IMG/VR virus record: IMGVR_UViG_3300033485_000016
Coordinates: 1 to 54,725 of that record
Direction: 5' to 3' (one strand)
Source of the DNA: a virus
Taxonomy: Duplodnaviria; Caudoviricetes
DNA: 54,725 bases
Position numbers and translations under genes: made by a program. This document shows positions 42,878 to 52,128 of the stretch, piece by piece. Within the stretch, counting starts at the first letter, position 1; each line of letters opens with the position of its first letter. The notes beneath the pieces were generated by a model. That model worked only from the letters and a program-made list of their open reading frames with translations. It did no database searches and had not been told where the DNA came from.

Positions 42878-44451
42878 CAGGAGTAATTCAGCGAGGACGA
42901 TCCGTAGTAGCTCGTCCCGTCGTAGATGAACCCAACAATGTCAACCTTCCCATCCCCGCTCATCGTCGGTGCTGTCCCTCCAGGCCACTTCACCGACGCC
43001 GGCCAGGAGATGGTCTGACTCGCGCCACTGTGGTTGATGACGAGCGAATAGGTGCTCCCTGCTACCCCGTTGGAAAAGGTAGTAGAGGTGATATTCCCTG
43101 TCTGGGTACAGGTCTGCCGATTCCCAGAGGCCCAATCGAACGTCACCGTCCCAGTGACGCTGCCCTTGGCGTAATACCCCGTCCTGAACTGCCCAGGGAC
43201 CACGATGCCAGTAGGGAGGGCCAGGGTAGGATTCCCCGAGACCCCATCCCCGTTTGTCACCGACACCTGATTCGCGGTGCCAGTGATGGTCCTTGCCGAC
43301 ACAGTGCCGCTACCCGTCCTGGCGATGACCCCGGTGGACGCAAGGTCCGCGAGGGCATTCAGGTCTGCATCCAGGGTGATGTTGGTCCTGAGGTTCCCTC
43401 CGTCATCCGCAGCGGTGATACCTGATCCAACGAAGTTCAGTTTGCTCCTCTGGGTTAACCCTGTCTCACTCCCTTCCTCCTGGATCTGGTTGTACCCACC
43501 CGCCCCACCGGATGCGCTGATGGTGACATTGACCTCATCATCCGTCGCATCGTCGGTCACGTCGATGGTGATGTTGGTGCCTTCAATGAGGGAGACCCGC
43601 TGGCGGGTGTAGGTGGTGGAGACCCCTTTCCTGACCCCCACCTTCTGCTGGGTGGTGTTGTCCACCACCGCAAGCTCCAGCGTCCCATTGGCATCGCTGT
43701 AGGTCTTCTGGATCCCCACCCCAGCTTGCAGGAGCAGGTTCGCCCGGTCGTCTACAGCCTCATCGAAGTCGCTGACTTGGGATGCACCATGGGTATGAGA
43801 AGGGATGTCGCCACTCGACAACGTCCCCACGGTCACAGCCGCCCCGATACTCTGCTGCTTCAACACCATCCCGGTGCCGCCGGAGGCGGAGAGGTCACTC
43901 CCTGTCCCCCCTCTCGCAAGGGCTAGCTGACCAGAAGTAACCGCACTCGCTGCATGCTCATGGGAGGAGGCCGCAAAGCTACTCGCATGGCTCCCGTCCA
44001 CCGTATCTGCATCCAGACTATTTCCGCTCCCCGTCTTCAACCACGCATTGGCAATCTTCCCCGCCCCATCCGCCTTGGGCACACCATCTGCCGTGGAGGT
44101 GGTAGTGATGGTCTCCAGGTCGGTGATGTTGGCCTTGGTATGAGTATGCGAAGGCAGATCCCCTACTTGGATGGTGTTATCCACCCATTCCGTCCCGCTG
44201 TATCTCAGGAAATCCCCTGATGCGGCAGCCGTGATCGCCACATCACTCAGCCCATCCAGGCTCCCTGACCCGGATGCGAGCGTGATGTCGTCCGAGTTGT
44301 TGGTAATGGTGATCCCTGACCCCTGCTTGAGGCTCTTGAACCTCAGGTCCACCCCTACCTTGGACTGGAAGACTGTCCCTTCGCCCGTCCCTACGTTGGA
44401 GGCAGTATTTGCCTCGCCCCCACCACCGCCGCCTCCACCCCATACTGGCAT
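42877..44451 (-). CDS. Tail/head fibre protein
   Basis: EANTASNVG, LDGLSDV.I, HTH repeats, LDADTVDG, GGTG, C-terminal WPASVKWPGGTAPT domain. Confidence 0.8.
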   Translation of the reverse strand: MPVWGGGGGGGGEANTASNVGTGEGTVFQSKVGVDLRFKSLKQGSGITITNNSDDITLASGSGSLDGLSDVAITAAASGDFLRYSGTEWVDNTIQVGDLPSHTHTKANITDLETITTTSTADGVPKADGAGKIANAWLKTGSGNSLDADTVDGSHASSFAASSHEHAASAVTSGQLALARGGTGSDLSASGGTGMVLKQQSIGAAVTVGTLSSGDIPSHTHGASQVSDFDEAVDDRANLLLQAGVGIQKTYSDANGTLELAVVDNTTQQKVGVRKGVSTTYTRQRVSLIEGTNITIDVTDDATDDEVNVTISASGGAGGYNQIQEEGSETGLTQRSKLNFVGSGITAADDGGNLRTNITLDADLNALADLASTGVIARTGSGTVSARTITGTANQVSVTNGDGVSGNPTLALPTGIVVPGQFRTGYYAKGSVTGTVTFDWASGNRQTCTQTGNITSTTFSNGVAGSTYSLVINHSGASQTISWPASVKWPGGTAPTMSGDGKVDIVGFIYDGTSYYGSSSLNYS

Positions 44452-44454
44452 GGC

Positions 44455-44745
44455 TTACTCCAACAACTCCGTTACCTTCGCCGGGTTGTCCGCTGTTGCC
44501 CACAGTGCTGTGATGATGCCCGTATAGGGCGCAGCCATGGACTCTAGGTGCCATCCAGATGCGAGGAGGTAGGTATAATCCGTCGTTGACGCGCCCGTCC
44601 CCAGCTTCACATACAAATTCCCCGCTGAGGTGTTATGCACCACAAACCCAATCCTGAGCATGTTGGCTGCAAGCAAGGTTTGCGGAGTTACAGCGTTTGC
44701 AGCGACCGACGTGACCGCTGCACGGTGCGTTTTCTGATATTCCAT
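44455..44745 (-). CDS. Small virion beta-protein, paralog 2
   Basis: Shares TPQTLLAANM and PYTGIITALW with the adjacent gene. Confidence 0.7.
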   Translation of the reverse strand: MEYQKTHRAAVTSVAANAVTPQTLLAANMLRIGFVVHNTSAGNLYVKLGTGASTTDYTYLLASGWHLESMAAPYTGIITALWATADNPAKVTELLE

Positions 44746-44750
44746 GGACC

Positions 44751-45050
44751 TTACTCCAGGAACTCAGTGACCTTCACCGCATCCGTTGTGGTCACCCAGA
44801 GGGCAGTGATAATGCCTGTATAGGGGACGTTTAGCTGCCCTGAATGGAAAGCAGGGCTACCACTGGTGAGGGTCAGGGAGAAGTCTGTCGCAGAAGCGGT
44901 TGGCCCAAACTTCACATACACCGCATTGGCATTGGTGGAGTGCAGCGAAAACCCTACCCTGTTCATGTTGGCAGCAAGGAGGGTTTGGGGGGTAGTGATA
45001 TTCCCCGCAACAGAAGCCGTCGTCGCTCGGTGAGATTTCTGGAATTCCAT
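44751..45050 (-). CDS. Small virion beta-protein, paralog 1
   Basis: Tandem paralog of 44455-44745. Confidence 0.7.
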   Translation of the reverse strand: MEFQKSHRATTASVAGNITTPQTLLAANMNRVGFSLHSTNANAVYVKFGPTASATDFSLTLTSGSPAFHSGQLNVPYTGIITALWVTTTDAVKVTEFLE

Positions 45051-45052
45051 GG

Positions 45053-45706
45053 CTATGTCGTGTGGTGGTAGCGATAACGCTTCCCTGGGGCTTGCTCTCG
45101 TCGGAAACCAGCCAGGGCGGCAAGGGCGGGATCGAACGTCTCCCTTGCCAAGGTGTAGATGTCGTTGACTTGGTCCTCGATGCCCTGCTTGAGCAATCTC
45201 ACCGCAAAGGCAGCCAGTGGGAGGGAGAGGAGGTCGTCGTAGCCAAAGGTGGACCCTGTGGTGAGGTCGCTCTTCCTCATCATCCCAAACCAGCGGATGG
45301 TGTAGGTGATATCAGGGGTGGGAGTCCAGTAGATGTTCGTTCCGTTGGTCCAGTAAGCCTCAGGTGCCCCGTCAGCCCCAGAGGGGAGATACAACCAATC
45401 GTGGTAAACCTCCGAGATGGGGTTGTCGAGGCTATCGAGGTCGGTCCAGCCAGAATCGGTCTGGCGTTGGAGGAGATCCAGCCTCAGGAGACCAGCGGGG
45501 TAGACCGTGTAATCCTGCGCCCCTGTCGTGGTAACCGTCCCCAGCCCATCCCCCAAGAACCCCGGCTTCTGGGCAATGAGGCTCTCCATGTAGTCCTGGG
45601 AGGCATTCAATGCCCTCAACCCCCTCACCACATCGGCCTCGCCAACCTGAAGCTGTAGCTCGTTGTCCAGCATCTCCATCAGGTTCAGCAAATCCTGCCC
45701 AGTCAT
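45053..45706 (-). CDS. Head-tail adaptor protein
   Basis: LN.SQD, Y.YPAGLL, G.P..YW...IYW.P.PD..Y pattern; position. Confidence 0.65.
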   Translation of the reverse strand: MTGQDLLNLMEMLDNELQLQVGEADVVRGLRALNASQDYMESLIAQKPGFLGDGLGTVTTTGAQDYTVYPAGLLRLDLLQRQTDSGWTDLDSLDNPISEVYHDWLYLPSGADGAPEAYWTNGTNIYWTPTPDITYTIRWFGMMRKSDLTTGSTFGYDDLLSLPLAAFAVRLLKQGIEDQVNDIYTLARETFDPALAALAGFRREQAPGKRYRYHHTT

Positions 45707-45709
45707 TCC

Positions 45710-46282
45710 TTACTCCGTATGATGGTTGGAGAATTTACTCCCGCTCGACGGCCCCGCCATGCTCATCTTGATCTCGGTGAAGCGGAAGTAGTCCTTCACC
45801 ATGTCATCCCTTAACTGGGCATCCTTGTCACTCTGCTTCTGCCGATCCCTGAGAATCTCCGCCTCGATGCGGTCCCAATACTTATTAGGCCCGTCTCTCA
45901 TCACCCTTCCCTGAGCACAAGCAAGAGTTCTCTCGTCAAGGGGGATAAACTCGCCTGTCTCAGGCTCCTGGACCGTGAAGAGCAATTGCCACCCTCTGCA
46001 CCAGTGGGTCTGGATGTTCTTATTCCTGCACCAAACCTGCCACCTCTCCAGCATCGGGTGCCAACACGCATCCAGATCCGGGTGGATCTCCCTCAGCCTC
46101 TTCCTGAACTCCTCCGGGGCCAACCTCGCATCGATCCGCCCCGGATGAAAGAAGGAGGGCAACCATTCCCTCCCCCTTGTCGTTGGTTTTCCAACCGGAA
46201 CGCTTACAGCCTTGTCAGAAGGACTCTGCCTTAGCTCACCGCCCCTGACAAACTGGGCAACATCAGGCTCCGAATACCACAC
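45710..46282 (-). CDS. Hypothetical head-module protein
   Basis: Long ORF co-oriented in the structural operon. Confidence 0.6.
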   Translation of the reverse strand: MWYSEPDVAQFVRGGELRQSPSDKAVSVPVGKPTTRGREWLPSFFHPGRIDARLAPEEFRKRLREIHPDLDACWHPMLERWQVWCRNKNIQTHWCRGWQLLFTVQEPETGEFIPLDERTLACAQGRVMRDGPNKYWDRIEAEILRDRQKQSDKDAQLRDDMVKDYFRFTEIKMSMAGPSSGSKFSNHHTE

Positions 46283-46916
46283 CGTGCAACTCCCGGTGAC
46301 GATCAGGATCCTTCTTGGACGACTTCAAATGAGTCGCCATCTTGGCCCTAGCGATGTTCCTCTGCGTCTGCACCCCAGCGTCGTAGTTCACCGTGAACTC
46401 GCACAGGGGGCACCGGAAGAACCCTTTCTCCTGGTCTTCGATCACATCCTGGGGCAACGGTTCTGCCGCCTTGGTCCAAGGTGCCTTGAACGTCGGCGCA
46501 GCATCCCCAATCAACTCAATCGCATATCTCTTCCTATCGCCATTCTCGTCAAAGTAGGTGCGGACGTGACCCGCGTCACTGCCCACCCCACCTCGATGCG
46601 CCTTCCCCTTGGCGTCCCACAGATACATGGTGGGATGAGTCGGAGCACCTCTACGCCTTAGGTCTAATTCCTTCTCATACTCCCTGAGATACACCTTGGC
46701 CGCAGCCTTGACCGCCTCAACCCCAACCCACTCTTGCCCCCGATGTCGCTTCAACTCCTCCAGGTCATAGATCACCTGCAACACCGGCCTGACCGCATTG
46801 GCGTTCACGTTACGAGGCACCCCGTGATGCAACGCCACCTGAGGTGCCTCGCCCGCGTGATCGATCAGGAACTGGTTCTCCTCGACGCTCAGTAGAACCG
46901 GATCGAAGACCTCCAC
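46263..46916 (-). CDS. Hypothetical protein with C2H2-like zinc finger
   Basis: CPLC...H...H at the C-terminus; GGGAGG RBS. Confidence 0.6.
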   Translation of the reverse strand: MEVFDPVLLSVEENQFLIDHAGEAPQVALHHGVPRNVNANAVRPVLQVIYDLEELKRHRGQEWVGVEAVKAAAKVYLREYEKELDLRRRGAPTHPTMYLWDAKGKAHRGGVGSDAGHVRTYFDENGDRKRYAIELIGDAAPTFKAPWTKAAEPLPQDVIEDQEKGFFRCPLCEFTVNYDAGVQTQRNIARAKMATHLKSSKKDPDRHRELHGVVFGA

Positions 46917-46926
46917 AAACCCTCCC

Positions 46927-47301
46927 TTACTTGATGCGCTTCAACACTACCGTGATCAGACCCGCCATGCCGGTGAGCGTCCCCGAGAAGTCCAGGCCCA
47001 GCTTGTCGCCAGCCCCCAGATACCTCACCGTTCTCGCTGCCGTCACCACCGTGCTGATGTTGGTGTTGGCCGTCGAGTCCATCGCCAATGCCGCGGTCGT
47101 CAGCAACGTCCCTGACGCAGGAGCGGTCACCCCCGCGCACTTCTTCACCCCACACGTTGCGCTGGCAGCCGTAGCCGCCATGCAGTGCGTGATGCTCTGC
47201 ACTTCAAACGCCATCCCCGCAGGCACAACGAACATATGCGTATCGATGTTCGCCGCATTGAGGGGAAACGTCACATACAACAGTTCCTGTTTTGCAACCA
47301 T
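46927..47301 (-). CDS. Capsid decoration/cement protein (putative)
   Basis: Small beta-sandwich-type protein directly after the capsid gene. Confidence 0.55.
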   Translation of the reverse strand: MVAKQELLYVTFPLNAANIDTHMFVVPAGMAFEVQSITHCMAATAASATCGVKKCAGVTAPASGTLLTTAALAMDSTANTNISTVVTAARTVRYLGAGDKLGLDFSGTLTGMAGLITVVLKRIK

Positions 47302-47322
47302 TGGAATCCCTTGAAAGGAAGA

Positions 47323-47347
47323 AGGGGGAGAGGATCGCTCTCCCCCT
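47323..47347 (-). terminator. Terminator hairpin after the major capsid gene
   Basis: AGGGGGAGAG/CTCTCCCCCT 10-bp stem followed by a pyrimidine tract on the - strand. Confidence 0.6.
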
Positions 47348-47358
47348 CATCGAGAGGT

Positions 47359-48630
47359 TTAGCTCTCGGCAACGTCCTCGATCTTGACACCAGCAGCGGG
47401 GTTATCCGTCAGCAACTGCCCCTGCCAGTACCAGACCACCTGGAAAGTCGCGTTTGCCGTTTCCTTGAAGAACGGCACGCCGTCGAAGATCTCGCTGATG
47501 GGACGAGGAACCTCGTTCTCGCCCACGCCGAGGAAGAAGTGATCCCGGTCGAACCCAACGATGATGTTCGCGTCGAAGAACGGATCGAAGTGCCAGGAGA
47601 CACCCGAGAAGGAGTAAGGACTCCGCCCATCGGCTGCCTTCTCGCCACCCTCGCGCCCGAGACCGCCGCTGAGAGCCTTGACACTGCCCAGGCTCGCCAG
47701 GGTCTCCGCACGCAGGATCTCGTGATACCTACGCCCGATGGCGAGGTTGGAGAAGTAGTGGGTGAGTCGGCCACCGCCCTTTTCCCGCACGGCATCCTCA
47801 GCCTGGAGGCCGAGATCTTCCGTAAAGGCCCGGTTGGTGCCGCTGTTCCCCAGTACCACGCTCTTCCAGTACTCGTTACCGGCAGCGGAGCGATCAATCG
47901 CGCCGATGTTGCCCACAACAGCCTTCGGGTTGGCGTCGTCAATCACCCCCAGAATGCCGTTCATGTGGCGCGAATAGCCCGTCGCCACCGTGCCAGCAGT
48001 CGTGAAGTAATCCCCAGCCGCCGTGCCGGAACCCGCAGTGCCCGTGGTGATCTCCCGCGTGATGGGATCCACCGCAGTCACCGTCGCGGCAGTCGGCCCC
48101 ACCTTGGCGTTATCGTCGGTATCGTCCATCAGGTCAACGCTCATACCCACCTCAACGCGAGGCAGATGCCGCACCGTGATGGTCGTCTGGTTGTCAGCCG
48201 CGCCCAGCACACCAAGCTCGCCGCGCCCGGTGCCCAGGAGGTCAGCATTCAGCAACCGGAACACTCTCCGCCGCAGCCCCTCGTCCATCATCTGGACCGC
48301 ACGGGCAAAGGCGAATTCGCTCTTCCGGGAATCCTGGATCAACTTCCAGGTAACGTCATAGATGCCCACGAACTCCTGCAACTTGAAGTAAGCCTCCGCC
48401 GTGTCAGGCTGGAGAGCCGAGGGGAGTGCTCCACCTTCAGCAATGCCTACCCAGTTACCGGGGTTCTTGGTGAGAATCGGGAGGAGGAACTGATTGGTCC
48501 TGCCGCCCATGGGTGCCTTCTTGCGGGAGAGGACGGTCCACAAAGGAACCTCCTCGTTAAACAGATAGGCAACCCGATCAGCCCCGTAGGTGTACTTCAG
48601 GGCTTCAACAATGTCGGAAACCTGTGCCAT
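47359..48630 (-). CDS. Major capsid protein (HK97 fold)
   Basis: 423 aa after scaffold; EGGALP, GTGRG.LG, MNG..G.ID, C-terminal L..DNP.A..KI. Confidence 0.85.
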   Translation of the reverse strand: MAQVSDIVEALKYTYGADRVAYLFNEEVPLWTVLSRKKAPMGGRTNQFLLPILTKNPGNWVGIAEGGALPSALQPDTAEAYFKLQEFVGIYDVTWKLIQDSRKSEFAFARAVQMMDEGLRRRVFRLLNADLLGTGRGELGVLGAADNQTTITVRHLPRVEVGMSVDLMDDTDDNAKVGPTAATVTAVDPITREITTGTAGSGTAAGDYFTTAGTVATGYSRHMNGILGVIDDANPKAVVGNIGAIDRSAAGNEYWKSVVLGNSGTNRAFTEDLGLQAEDAVREKGGGRLTHYFSNLAIGRRYHEILRAETLASLGSVKALSGGLGREGGEKAADGRSPYSFSGVSWHFDPFFDANIIVGFDRDHFFLGVGENEVPRPISEIFDGVPFFKETANATFQVVWYWQGQLLTDNPAAGVKIEDVAES

Positions 48631-48641
48631 TTTTCACTTAT

Positions 48642-49490
48642 CTACGTCCCCGGTTCCTTCAGCGCCCCCCACAACCGCGAAGCGATCTCGTCGGGTGACT
48701 CAAACCGTTGACGGGCGGGACCACCTGGGACCGCCGAAGCACCTCGACCAGGGAACAACTGCTCCCGTGCCTTCCGCTGCTCGACCTTGTCCCATTCCCT
48801 CACCAACTCACGCATCTCGTTCATGCGCCTCTGAGCAATCTCAGGAAAGGCTTGTTCCAGATCATCCCCTTCATAGGCACTATACAAATCCGCGAGCAAC
48901 TCACTCGCCTTGCCCCTGAGATTTTCAGGGATGCCCAGAGAAGCACTGACCTTGCCGATCCTGTCCTGCAACGCACTGTCACCAAACCTGCTCTGGATCC
49001 CAGTGAATCCCTGCTCCATCTGCTGGAGCTTCTTCCACATGATCCCCAAAGCCTGATCGCGTTGCTGTAACGCCTGTACCAACGGTGCAATCTGCTGCTG
49101 TTGAATGTTTTCAATCAACTGGGCCGCAGTTTGCCCATCGACATACGGTTGCTCTCTCAGTTGGCTGAGAACATCCGCTTCCTTGCCGGCCTTGCTTTGC
49201 TGCTCAAACTGTCTGGCACGCTCAAGCAAAGCCTGCTCAGCCTGCTGGATCCTCGCCTCCCACTGTTTTCGTTCCTCTGCATCCTTCTGGCGCAGCTTGG
49301 TGAACTCTGACTGTGGGACGTAGCCTTTGATGAAATCCGAGTACCTGACCGGCTCCTTCCCACCAGGAGGGATAAACGCTGAATCCTCCTGAAGGGTGAT
49401 CGGGGTAGAGGGGGCCGACTGACCACCACCGCCCGTTGGTCCTGAGGTGCTCGGTGCCGCCCCAGTCCCGCCAATCATTTCATCTGCCAT
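48642..49490 (-). CDS. Scaffolding protein
   Basis: Coiled-coil; GY..QSEFTK..Q motif; between portal and capsid. Confidence 0.75.
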   Translation of the reverse strand: MADEMIGGTGAAPSTSGPTGGGGQSAPSTPITLQEDSAFIPPGGKEPVRYSDFIKGYVPQSEFTKLRQKDAEERKQWEARIQQAEQALLERARQFEQQSKAGKEADVLSQLREQPYVDGQTAAQLIENIQQQQIAPLVQALQQRDQALGIMWKKLQQMEQGFTGIQSRFGDSALQDRIGKVSASLGIPENLRGKASELLADLYSAYEGDDLEQAFPEIAQRRMNEMRELVREWDKVEQRKAREQLFPGRGASAVPGGPARQRFESPDEIASRLWGALKEPGT

Positions 49491-49709
49491 GCTGGTTTCC
49501 TTTTGTGTCGAGTGCCTTCGCCAGAGTGCTTAATGACTCGTTCACCCGATCAGGTGAGTGTCACTAGGCTTGTTCTGTGGGCTTGTTCGCACCATAAGGT
49601 CGGGATAAGTCTAACACAGCCAACAAGTTTGACCAAGTTAGCAAAACCGTGGTTTGCGCCGAATAGGAGGCTTCTCCTCCCGAGGCTTCTTCTCTTTGCG
49701 CTTTGCCAT

Positions 49710-49913
49710 TTATGGGGTCTCCTTGATCTCCACCCCACACTCGTTCAACAGCCCTTCTGCCTGGGGATAGGAGGAGAGGAGGGTCTGAGCTTTCAGAAAG
49801 GCTGCACGTTTGGCGACGAGTCTGGACCTTTCCGCCTGATACCTCTCGTCCAGCCTTTCGATCTGCTCACTGTAGTACTGAATCTTCGCCACGATGCTAT
49901 CTGCTAGGGCCAT
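49710..49913 (-). CDS. Small coiled-coil protein
   Basis: Overlaps the portal end; GAAGAAGG RBS. Confidence 0.55.
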   Translation of the reverse strand: MALADSIVAKIQYYSEQIERLDERYQAERSRLVAKRAAFLKAQTLLSSYPQAEGLLNECGVEIKETP

Positions 49914-52128
49914 TTGGAGCCTTCTTCTGAGGAGGTTGATTCCCCGTCTTCGACAATGCTTCTCCTACCATCCTGGGTGCCCCCATGGCTGACTTGGCCC
50001 CTTCCCTCAATTGATCCATCACGATGTCGGTCGTCGCAGCTGCCGTCGTCGCCGCAGTCTGCTGTGCCGCTTGCTGCATGGCTCCCTGGGCTGCCTGATT
50101 CGCCATGAAGGACTGCTGGGCCATGGCGGCTTGCTGCAAGTAGAACTGGTGCTGCTGCCATCTCTGGATGAACAGCATTTGGATCTGCTGAGGAGACGAC
50201 AACCACTCCGTCGTCGCCATGGCAGCTTCCAGTTCATCCATCATGCAGTTGTGGTCCCAGAAGGGCATGACAGGGGGGCAGTATTCCCCCTTCCAGAGAC
50301 GTTCGATTAGCTCACATGCGAGCTTGCGGTAGCGAGCTTCCTTTGACTCTCTACCCACGTCTCCAAACTGGAGGTCTTGCGCCACCTTTCCCTTGTCCAG
50401 CTGCCCAGTCCGGTCGTCCATGTAGAGGATGGCAAGGGGAGAAGCCAACCTCTCCCGCACTCTAGCCTCCCTCAATGCCCTCAACTCCGGCATGAGCGAT
50501 CCGCGCTCCACCGTAAAGTTGTAGTTAGTCCCACCCCTGAGAACTTCTTCGGTATGGAAGGTAAACACCTCATCCCGCATGTCACGGGAGGTGTAGTGGA
50601 GGGTTCTAGCCGGCGGATAGAACTGCTTGACCCTATTCAGCCTCTGTTGCTTGATCCTGGCGACTCGCTGCCCCAGGTGCTCATACAACATCCCCCACTC
50701 TGTATCCAGGATCTCCTGAAGCAGGGGGACAGCCAGAGGTCCGCGCAACTGACCTGGGAACTTACTTTCCTGGAAGAGATCACTCCCACCAGCGATGTCG
50801 CTGAGGAGCTTAACAACCAACTCGATTGACTCAAGGAACCCTTGGGGCAGCAAGGCCGGCTGTGCCCTCTGAACCATCGGCACACCCTGGTCATTAAGCC
50901 CGTTCTTGACATACCCCGGATAATCCGTAGGCACATCCGCCTCAGCCAAGTTGGGACCAAGGAGGACTGGAGAATAAACAGTATCATTCGCATGTTCGCC
51001 TAGCTGGCTCAGCCTCTTGTTGAGAAATCTCTGTGGAGCGATCAGATCCGTCACATAATCCTGGGTCCAGAAGGTCGTAGTAGGCGGAGTCCAGTGAATG
51101 TCAGTGATGGGAATGTCCCCATAGTCATTCACCCCTTCCCTCAGCACCATCTTCCCCGGCACGAACACGTCATACCTGCCATTGGGATTAGTGAAGCTCC
51201 GGGGCGCATAGCTCTCCACCACAATGTCCATGGGAGGGTCATCATCAGCCCTGGACCCCTGCACCAGTGGGATCATGTCGGCCAGAAACATGTTCGCCAC
51301 CGAATCCCCCAACTGGGTGAACTGGGTGGAGATGATTTTGAGATCATCATTCCCGCCACCCAGCGCATTCATGTCCACATCGGGGAAATTCTCCTGAATC
51401 CACCCATGCGTCCTGAAATTGGCAATATAAACCCTCTGATCAGGGGCCAGATCCTCAATCGCCCTCACCGAGGCGTCCACAAACACATTAAGAGGCCCAT
51501 ACACTACTGCCCCTACGTCCCCTTCCGTCCTCACTTCCTCCGCTGCCTCAAACAACCCCGGATCCGCCCCTGTTTGCACCTGTTGCTGGACCTCGCTAAA
51601 GGGGCTTTCCTCTCCAGTGATCTTGTTCTTGAAAACCGGCTCATTTCCCATCATTTTGGGAATGGACTCACTCTGGGCGTTGGGAATCCAGGGGGTATAC
51701 TCAAAACAGACCCCTCCAACCGCCATCCACCAGACCCTTTCCCACATCCGGGCCTGCTCGTCCAGTTTTTCATCCAGAGCCTTGTCTAATCTGTCCACCA
51801 CCTCCGCCTCAGCCAGTGCTTTGGGGTCTTTCTTATTAGGATTGGCCTTGAACACCATCCCAATGCTCGTCAATCGCCCCAAACACTTCCGCATCCGGTG
51901 CCCAATGAGGTTGAACACCAAATGCAGCTTGTTGTCATTGGTGGAATTGGCAACAATGGCCTTTTTCTGGGCCGTTACATGCTGCTCCCCGGCCACCATG
52001 GCGAGATTTGTCAGCACTCTCGCCTCAACACCACCTGTATGCCTGATTTTCTGCTGTCTGAGCCTCTCGTAGTCCTTTGTCAACTCGTCCAGCAGCACTT
52101 TTGCGTCAGAAATCGGCTGATCCATCAC
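49897..52128 (-). CDS. Portal protein
   Basis: 743 aa; downstream of terL; LVFN.I, DLI.PQR.LN, Gln/Ala-rich C-terminal barrel as in P22-type portals. Confidence 0.85.
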   Translation of the reverse strand: MMDQPISDAKVLLDELTKDYERLRQQKIRHTGGVEARVLTNLAMVAGEQHVTAQKKAIVANSTNDNKLHLVFNLIGHRMRKCLGRLTSIGMVFKANPNKKDPKALAEAEVVDRLDKALDEKLDEQARMWERVWWMAVGGVCFEYTPWIPNAQSESIPKMMGNEPVFKNKITGEESPFSEVQQQVQTGADPGLFEAAEEVRTEGDVGAVVYGPLNVFVDASVRAIEDLAPDQRVYIANFRTHGWIQENFPDVDMNALGGGNDDLKIISTQFTQLGDSVANMFLADMIPLVQGSRADDDPPMDIVVESYAPRSFTNPNGRYDVFVPGKMVLREGVNDYGDIPITDIHWTPPTTTFWTQDYVTDLIAPQRFLNKRLSQLGEHANDTVYSPVLLGPNLAEADVPTDYPGYVKNGLNDQGVPMVQRAQPALLPQGFLESIELVVKLLSDIAGGSDLFQESKFPGQLRGPLAVPLLQEILDTEWGMLYEHLGQRVARIKQQRLNRVKQFYPPARTLHYTSRDMRDEVFTFHTEEVLRGGTNYNFTVERGSLMPELRALREARVRERLASPLAILYMDDRTGQLDKGKVAQDLQFGDVGRESKEARYRKLACELIERLWKGEYCPPVMPFWDHNCMMDELEAAMATTEWLSSPQQIQMLFIQRWQQHQFYLQQAAMAQQSFMANQAAQGAMQQAAQQTAATTAAATTDIVMDQLREGAKSAMGAPRMVGEALSKTGNQPPQKKAPNGPSR

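Noticed and set aside
33241-44451. Diversity-generating retroelement or invertase shufflon acting on fibre genes
   Set aside because: No reverse transcriptase, no TR/VR pair, no inverted cassettes and no serine invertase seen
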